From: Eledone cirrhosa | Lineage: Eukaryota | Assembly (NCBI GenBank): GCA_964016885.1 | Contig: OZ024750.1 | Location: 23,064,001 to 23,128,000, forward strand | Direction: 5' to 3' | Length of the DNA stretch: 64,000 nucleotides | In this document: piece by piece, positions 55,887 to 64,000 of the stretch | Layout of the letters: each line of letters starts with the position of its first letter | Numbering within the stretch: the stretch's first letter is position 1 | Position numbers and translations under genes: made by a program | Notes under the pieces: generated by a model | Database searches by the model: none | Told to the model about the DNA's origin: nothing | The model's input: the letters and a program-made list of their open reading frames with translations, nothing else

Positions 55887-55937
55887 AGATTCTACAGGAC
55901 TAGAACTGTTTCATTCATTAGAAATCATCAGGAATCT
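55887..55937 (-). ncRNA. Non-canonical type I hammerhead (family P1), complete
   Basis: Minus strand AGATTC-CTGATGA-T-TTC-TAAT-GAA-T-GAAA-CAG-TTCTAGTC-CTG-TA-GAATCT; 6-bp perfect stem I. Confidence 0.72.
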
Positions 55938-55959
55938 GGGTATCAAAAAATAAAAATGG

Positions 55960-56021
55960 TATTTATAGGTCTCTACAAGTGGTAGGAGAGGGTGGGGAGT
56001 GGGATGGGTGTAGGTCATTGG
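55960..56021 (-). promoter_or_regulatory. Putative Pol II promoter of the P1 pseudo-LTR (CCAAT + TATA)
   Basis: Minus-strand CCAAT (56017-56021) and TATAAATA (55960-55967), 23 nt upstream of hammerhead stem I. Confidence 0.4.
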
Positions 56022-56176
56022 TTGATAGAAAAGGGAATTCATTAAAAGCTGATGATTTCTAATGAATGAAACAGTTCTAGTCCTGTAGAATCTCATCTAT
56101 ATTAAAACTTTTATACTCTGCTATGTATTGAGTACCTTACTTACTGTGGTTACCTCCGATTCAACCCGGAATAACG

Positions 56177-56217
<41 letters not shown>

Positions 56218-56664
56218 TATGATTCGGGTATGTCAACGTTTTACATCTCGCATTGAAGCAGACGTCGATGCTACCTACGATGGATTCATTAAGTGAATGT
56301 GTCTACTCCCAGCATTTGTCTGTATGCCGGACAGCGACAATTGGTAGAAGCCATTCGCCCTTGGTAGTCAGGGTGTCTATAAATGTGTGGCGTTCCTTGG
56401 GTATTCTGGTCTCTATACCAGGACTGAATGTCTCATATACTCGTCTACTATGTAGTATATTTGTATAGTATATAGTGTACTATATTTTCCCTCAATTCTA
56501 TGCAAACCTCACCCTCACCCAAGTTGTAACGTCTGCTTCAGTCGATGCCCGCACGACAGATAAAATACATCATTGTTAACCCACACTGGACCGTCATGTG
56601 CCGTCTTTAATGTTTTCTTAATGTGATCCCTGTGTGGCTATTAAAAAAACTCCCTATTATTATC

Positions 56665-57010
56665 ATTGGCAGAATCGGTAGAGCGTCGGATAATGTTTAG
56701 CGGCATAGAGTTACGACCCTTTGCGTTCTGAGTTCAAATCCCGCCGAGGTTAGCTTTACCTTTCATCCTTAAGGGGTCGATAAAATAAAGTACCAGTAAT
56801 GCACTGGGGTCGATTTAATCGACTTTCCCCTTCCCTTTTGAATTGCGGGAAGATATTACAGTGACCATGACCCTTTTCACGTCAAAGCGCCGCCATATTC
56901 GAACTTACGACCTCACGGTCATCTGTCGAACGTTCTAACCACTAAGCCTCCGCGGACTAATATACCACAGTAACAACAGTAATAACAACAACAGCAACAA
57001 GACCAGTAAT

Positions 57011-57041
<31 letters not shown>

Positions 57042-57264
57042 GTAATAATGGTTTCTTATATAGGCACAAGGCCAGCAATTTTTGAGGAGGGGAAAGTCGA
57101 TTAAATCGACCCCAGTGCGTGACTGGTACTTTATTTTATCGACCCCGTAAGGATGAAAGGCAAAGTTAACCTCGGCGGGATTTGAACTCAGAATGGCAAG
57201 GGCCGTAACTCTATGCTAGAAAGCATGGCGTCCGACCCTCTACCGACACCGCCAATCCACCGCC
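56665..57264. mobile_element. Inverted pair of family A SINEs (56665-56836 +, 57043-57264 -)
   Basis: Both match the consensus; tail-to-tail, about 200 bp apart. Confidence 0.88.
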
Positions 57265-57352
57265 CTTCTATCCACACTATGTAATAATGGACGGAATTTC
57301 AATGAGTGATGAAACTGTCAGTTTTAATAATCCTCTCATGAATCTTACTACA

Positions 57353-57403
<51 letters not shown>

Positions 57404-57542
57404 CTATCTCTATCTATCTCATCCCCCCTCTCTCCCCTTCTCTCCAACAGATGATGATTCTTAACCAAAATTTCACCTGGTTTCTTATCACCTGCCTTCA
57501 TTGAATGATATCACGGAACATCTCGCTTAGGCGTTATCCTTC

Positions 57543-57574
<32 letters not shown>

Positions 57575-58149
57575 GTTGTTGTTGTTGTTGTAGTGGTGGT
57601 GTGCTTCGTTGTGTTGTTGTTGTTAGTGATAGTGTAGCTGTTGTTGATAGAGCTGTTGTTGTTGTTGGTAGTAATGTGGTTGTAGTGGTGGTGGTGGTGG
57701 TAGTGGTGGTGGTGATAGTATAATGTTGTTGTTGATGTAGTGGTGGTGGTGGTGGTGGTGGTGGTGGTGGTGATAGTGGTGGTGGTGGTGGTGGTGGTGG
57801 TGGTGGTGGTGGTGGTGGTGGTGATAGTGGTGGTGGTGGTGGTGCGGTGGTGGTGGGGGTGGGTAATGTGGTTGTGGTGGTGATGGTGGCAAGATCAATT
57901 CCCGGGGGGTACGTCTTGTTCTTGAGCAAGACACTTTATTTCACATTACTCTAGTGGACCATTCAACTGAGGGAAATAACCTGTAGAGCCAGGCAGAATC
58001 AGACCGAGAACTGCGTTAAGGGGTTCACATATCTGCGAAATGTCCCGTGACTTTACATGTTAATTTCACAAGCCGACTGTTCGGTTGATCGAATAATTAG
58101 GATAATCGATGTCGTAAACGACGCAGGTCCAATTCTCTCTCACACACGC

Positions 58150-58195
<46 letters not shown>

Positions 58196-58369
58196 TAATA
58201 ACGGCTTACAGTCCGCAATCTAGGCATGAATGTAATATGTATATAGTAGCAAAGTACCAGAAATAGATACACTGGTGGGGGACGGTATCAGTTTCTCTAT
58301 ACTTTTGGCAGCACTAGTTCAGTACATTTAAGACAGAAAGAGCAATCTGCTTGATGTCAAAGAACGAAG

Positions 58370-58463
<94 letters not shown>

Positions 58464-59260
58464 ATATATATAGCAGCATTAAGCTGCAACCAAACTATTG
58501 CATGAGAATGGTAAAGTTAGGTCTCACCTGAGCAGGCAGCTGCTATCTTAGGATGGTGAGTAATACTTTGAAATCAGACGAACTCACAAATAAGCATGTT
58601 TCTCTTTTTACTTACTAATAGACATCTTAACTGGGAATGAGGAATGGAATGGAATGGATCTCCGTCGGCGTCGACAAAGAGCGTTCTAGATGTTCACTTT
58701 GATGGAACAGTTCATGAAATTTGTGTTGGAGCCTCTGGCTATTCCGAAAATGCGTGTTCCTGTTGTTGGACCAACGGAACAACATGCGCATGAAATGTAT
58801 ATGTCAGTGGCTGACCATTCCCAAGCACTTGTATCTTTTACGTAAATCTCAGGGAGATTCAGTGTGACACAGTTTATGACAAGGCTGGCATTTTTGAATT
58901 ACGGTTCCGACGACGAGAGTGTTCCAGTCGTCCGATCAACAGAAACACCTACTCTTCAAATTAAAGTGTAAGTCGTCGAGCATTCCACAGACACGTGTAC
59001 CCTTAAAGTAACTCTTGGGGAGATTCAGTGTGACACTGTATAACAAGGCCGGCTCTTTGAATTACTAGTACAGTACATCCGACGGGCTTCCACACAGTTT
59101 CTGTCAACGCATGAGTCAACCAGAGGCTATTGTATATGACACTGGCCCGGGATGACACGTTGTGGGATCGAACCCGAAAACTTATGATTACAAAGCGAAC
59201 TTTTTAGCCATTCGGCTATGCAGTGTCTATACTGTTTAATTATGTTATCATCTACAATGG

Positions 59261-60005
59261 TGAAGGTGTGTGGCCCCGTGGTTATAGTGCTCGGCTCGCG
59301 ATCGTGAATCTGTTGGCCTTATGGTTATAGTGGTCAGCTCACGATCGTGAGGATGTGTAGTCTCGAGTTTATAGTGCTCGGCTCACGATCGTGAGGATGT
59401 GTAGTCTCGAGTTTATAGTGCTCGGCTCACGATCGTGAGGATGTGTAGTCTCGAGTTTATAGTGCTCGGCTCACGATCGTGAAAGTGTTGGCCTTGTGGT
59501 TATAGAGCTCGGCTGACTATCGTGAGGGCGTGTGGCCTCGTGGTTATAGTGCTCGGCTGACTATCGTGAGGGCGTGTGGCCCCGTGGTTATAGTGCTCGG
59601 CTCACGATCGTGAATCTGTTGGCCTCGTGGTTATAGTGCTCGGTTCACAATCGTGAAAGTGTTGGCCTTGTGGTTATAGAGCTCGGCTGACTATCGTGAG
59701 GGCGTGTGGCCTCGTGGTTATAGTGCTAGGCTCACGATCGTGAAGGTGTTTGACCCCATGGCTATAGTGCTCGGCTCACGGTCGTGAGGTTGATATCAGA
59801 CAGCGAGTCCTGTCCTTCAGCAAGGCACTTTATATCACGTTGCTCCAGTCTACTCAACCGGAAAAATGAGTTGGGCCCGTAATCCATAAGGTCGGTATAG
59901 TCAGGTATTGTGTCACACCGAATCTCCCTGAGAACAACGTTATGGCTGCATTTGTCTTTAGAATGCTCGGCTGCTTCCACGTTAATTTCATAAGGAGGCT
60001 AATCC
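59261..60005 (+). mobile_element. Family C SINE whose tRNA head is amplified into a 43-44-bp tandem array x ~12 (59261-59790)
   Basis: Unit GTGTGGCCTCGTGGTTATAGTGCTCGGCTCACGATCGTGAGG (A box + anticodon arm). The last unit runs into TGTCCTTCAGCAAGGCACTTTAT and the SINE body. Confidence 0.8.
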
Positions 60006-60895
60006 GCTGTTGAAAAACTGGAACACACAAACATACACATACATTCATTAAACACACACACACACTCATAAACACATAAACGCACACACAAACACACACA
60101 CACACTTATATATAAACATTCACATACACGTACACGTACACACAGATCTATATGTCTACTGAGACATTTGATAGGGAAATATTATCATTCTGGAATGTTC
60201 AGTGGGTAACCATGGGAGGGGTGGGGTTCTTAATTTCCACACACCCACATTTCCACACATACCTACATACACATACGCACCAAAATACTCGCATACACAC
60301 ACACACACCTACTTTACATATACACATACACACACCTGCCTACTTCATACACACGCACACATACACCCACATACACATACACACACACCTACCTACATAC
60401 ACGCATCTACATCTACACACACCTACATGCACACACATACGCACACAACACACACCAGTACATACACCTACATATACAGATACACACATACAAACACACA
60501 CATACGCACACAATACACCTGTACATACTATTACATACACACATACACACACATATACACACATACACCTACATATACACACATACATAAACATCCACAT
60601 ACACCCACACGCGTACCTACATACACACAAACCTACGTACATCCACACACAACTGCCATATACACCCACATACACACACATGCATGCACCTACACACACA
60701 CGCGTGCTCACTGCCATACAATCCATGTAAATGAACTCATCAAATACTTCTTTCTAATTTTGGCACAGAGACAACAATTTTTGAGGAGAGAGGGGAAAGT
60801 CGAATATATCGACTCAGTAGTTTACTGGTACGTTATTTTATTGATCCTGGAAGGTGGAAAGCCAACGTAGACCTCGATAGGATTTGAACTCGATG

Positions 60896-61008
<113 letters not shown>

Positions 61009-61025
61009 TGCTATATATATATCTA

Positions 61026-61281
61026 TCTAAGGCGGGTAAAATTCCCGAGATCCATGGACGAGTTCTCTCCAGCGGTCTCTGTCCCTCATTATCGCTGCCA
61101 TATCCTGCATCTCCAACAAACCAGTGTCTGTCCTTAGGGCATCAACATATGTTAACCTTGGTCTTCCTCTTCTAGTGTGTCCATGTAGGGGCTCCCAAAG
61201 GAGCACTGAGTGCAATGTCAACTCTGGATGTCGGTGAGCATGTCCAGCCAACCTCAGTCTCCTCTGTGTCACTTTTGACAT
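61026..61281 (-). mobile_element. RTE-clade LINE 3' end (ORF C-terminus)
   Basis: [17 protein letters not shown]...VLLWEPLHGHTRRGRPRLTYVDALRTDTG...[11 protein letters not shown] shows the typical RTE C-terminal motifs; inserted in (TA)n. Confidence 0.85.
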
Positions 61282-61330
61282 TTATTTATATATATATTTA
61301 TATATATATTTATATATATATTTATATATT

Positions 61331-61390
<60 letters not shown>

Positions 61391-61446
61391 TATATATATA
61401 TATATATATTAAAAAAAATTGCTATATATATATATATATAAAAATG

Positions 61447-61512
<66 letters not shown>

Positions 61513-61566
61513 AATATATATATATAAATATATATATTTATATATATATATATATATTTATATACA

Positions 61567-61652
<86 letters not shown>

Positions 61653-61728
61653 TATATATATATATATATTTATATATATATAAATATATATATATAAATA
61701 TATATATTTATATATATATATATATATT

Positions 61729-61856
<128 letters not shown>

Positions 61857-61878
61857 CATTTTTATATATATATATATA

Positions 61879-62086
61879 GCAATTTTTTTTTTAATAGAAA
61901 TGGCTTCTTCAGGTCTAGAATTGTTTCATTCGAAGAAAACCATCACGCTTTTCCTGATGATTTCATTCGAATGAAACAGTTCTAGTCCTCTAGAAGCCGT
62001 TTCTATAAAATATTTGCTGTATATACGCTACTAATGTATTGAATATCTTACCTACTGTAGTTACCCCCCCATTGAACAGACATACG
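61879..62086 (+). mobile_element. Older PLE-like family P1 copy with imperfect fold-back and decayed hammerhead (61950-61996)
   Basis: TTC-CTGATGA-T-TTC-ATTC-GAA-T-GAAA-CAG-TTCTAGTC-CTC-TA-GAAG; inverted arm 61879-61945; 3' tail homologous to 56110-56178. Confidence 0.7.
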
Positions 62087-62189
62087 TGGTTGCTGTGGAC
62101 ACGTCTTTTAATAGCTCTAACTTTTTTCTAACTCGTTCTGATTATTATTTCTTTTCAGATAAATTATGACAGTCATCAAGCTAACTCAG

Positions 62190-62709
62190 CAAATGAAAAG
62201 GCACAGAGAAACACCAAGCGCCTGGGATGTTTTGTTTTTCTCTGCTGAGGAAAAACTTTGATCAGGACAAAAAGATCACCCGAAGGAATGACAGATGGTT
62301 ATGCAGAGATCCTAAAGACGTCCCAACGGCCATGCACAGTTTCCAGCAACTGTGATTGTTCTGAGAGTCGTGACCAGCGAATGAGATTCCAATGCCTCCT
62401 CACTTATTTCCTCAAGGCCTAAGGGTCAATGCTGCTGACTATAAGGAGGAGGTGTTGGTGATGGTTGTGAAGCCATGGATAGACAGCGTGAGCAAATGAA
62501 GACACCTACCAACAAGACTTTGTGCCATCCCATCAGACCAAAACGACCCATAATCTCTACGATTATGTCACCCCAAACATATGGCCTCGCAGCTCTTCAG
62601 ACTTGAATCCGTTGGACTACAAATAATGGGACGCAGTCGAGAGGGAAGTCAATCAACGCCCTCATAGCATTATACCTTCTCTGAAGTCCGACATAACTGT
62701 AGCACAAAG

Positions 62710-62759
<50 letters not shown>

Positions 62760-62947
62760 TCTGAGTCGAGCATGTCAAAGTTTCACATCTCGCATTGGAT
62801 GTAGACGTCGATGCTACGGTAGATTCATTACGTAGATTCGCCAAGAAGAGTCTTAAAATTATGTATGCCAATGTTTTTCGCAAATAAAGCTCTTCTTTCA
62901 TGAATTATGCGTGTTTTACTAAGTTCATACAAAACTGAGGCACCCTG
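62190..62947 (+). pseudogene. Decayed Tc1/mariner-superfamily (maT/DD37D-like) transposon: DDD domain, C-terminus and right TIR
   Basis: With frameshifts reads FS(A)EKNFDQD...RNDRWLCRDP...FPATVIVL...MPPHLFPQGLRVNA...VVKPWID...QQD..PSH...WPRSSSDLNPLDY...ACQSFTSRI; ends GAGGCACCCTG|TA. Confidence 0.85.
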
Positions 62948-62974
62948 TATGTCTGTACTTATATATATATGTAT

Positions 62975-63049
<75 letters not shown>

Positions 63050-63370
63050 ATACTCTAAACGTTCTGCTGTGGTTTCTGGTAAAACGACAACACTAACCGT
63101 CTGTGTTGAAATCAGAGAAGAAAGTTATCTCAAGTAAATCTAGGTGCAAGGAGTTGCGTGAGAGAGAGAAATAATTTACGAAAATCGTGTAATTATCTGA
63201 TGGAAAGATGTGTGCATTCTGTGTCAATAAGGTGCTGTGTTCTATTAACTGGGTATTTTTTTCTTTTTACGTTTAGGCACTTAAATAAGGATGTCGTTAT
63301 GACATACGGCGGACCTCGGGCACTTGAACCTGGAGGATCATCCCTCATTAGGTCTGAACGCAACTGATTT

Positions 63371-63420
<50 letters not shown>

Positions 63421-63574
63421 ATTGAGTCGACACCAGTACAGGACTGGTACAATTATTTATCTACCTCGAAGGATGAAAGACAAAGTTGACCTCGTCTATT
63501 AACAATACAGTTGCGAAATCAAGGTTGCCATTCCATGAAAATAAGATCAATGACGTATAGGAGAGATAAGTGAA

Positions 63575-63591
63575 CGATATATATATATATG

Positions 63592-63663
<72 letters not shown>

Positions 63664-63684
63664 CATATATATATACATATACAT

Positions 63685-63715
<31 letters not shown>

Positions 63716-63730
63716 CATATATATATATAT

Positions 63731-63817
<87 letters not shown>

Positions 63818-63853
63818 CATATATATATATATATACATATATATATACATACA

Positions 63854-63885
<32 letters not shown>

Positions 63886-63912
63886 CATATATATATATAT
63901 AGTTATATATAT

Positions 63913-63987
<75 letters not shown>

Positions 63988-64000
63988 CATACATATATAT
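63575..64000. repeat. (TA)n/(TACA)n microsatellite
   Basis: Read directly. Confidence 0.97.

Larger units (their letters stand above)
55871..56178. mobile_element. PLE-like family P1 insertion with 61-bp perfect inverted arms
   Basis: Arms 55871-55931 and 56049-56109 with a 117-nt spacer; 3' tail to 56178; (TA)n on both sides. Confidence 0.8.
55775..56296 (+). pseudogene. Tc1/mariner (maT-like) transposase C-terminal remnant interrupted by (TA)n and a P1 insertion
   Basis: SLKSDITIA...(TA)n...HMIRVCQRFTSRIEADVDA is homologous to 62679-62835. Confidence 0.7.

Noticed and set aside
57430-57510. Possible splice acceptor (polypyrimidine + CAG) and exon
   Set aside because: The pyrimidine tract is a (TC)n microsatellite; no convincing donor or recognisable protein.
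62145-62200. TTTTCAG acceptor suggesting a host exon
   Set aside because: Downstream sequence is a frameshifted mariner-like transposase with stops.

Overview
AT-rich animal genomic DNA packed with microsatellites and transposons. The repeat content resembles an octopod cephalopod (inference from the tRNA-derived SINE families and microsatellite load). No host exon, rRNA, bona fide tRNA or CRISPR array can be supported, so the window looks intronic or intergenic, and almost all listed ORFs are translations of simple repeats. Real coding remnants are all from transposons: a 5'-truncated CR1-type LINE with a nearly intact RT/C-terminal frame (8.0-9.3 kb), 3' ends of RTE, Tx1/L1-like and CRE-like LINEs, and decayed Tc1/mariner (maT-like) transposase. 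Also present are more than 20 SINE copies, hAT and piggyBac-like MITEs with target-site duplications, and many minisatellites. The most interesting signal is a set of short fold-back (inverted-repeat) insertions sitting in (TA)n tracts that carry hammerhead ribozyme motifs, as in Penelope-like element (PLE) termini. These include a 290-bp palindrome with a complete hammerhead on each strand, and a three-locus family with a non-canonical hammerhead (U-U closing stem II, compensatory change in stem I). Chimeric non-autonomous elements also occur (PLE-like end + RTE tail; RTE 5' UTR + CRE-like tail).
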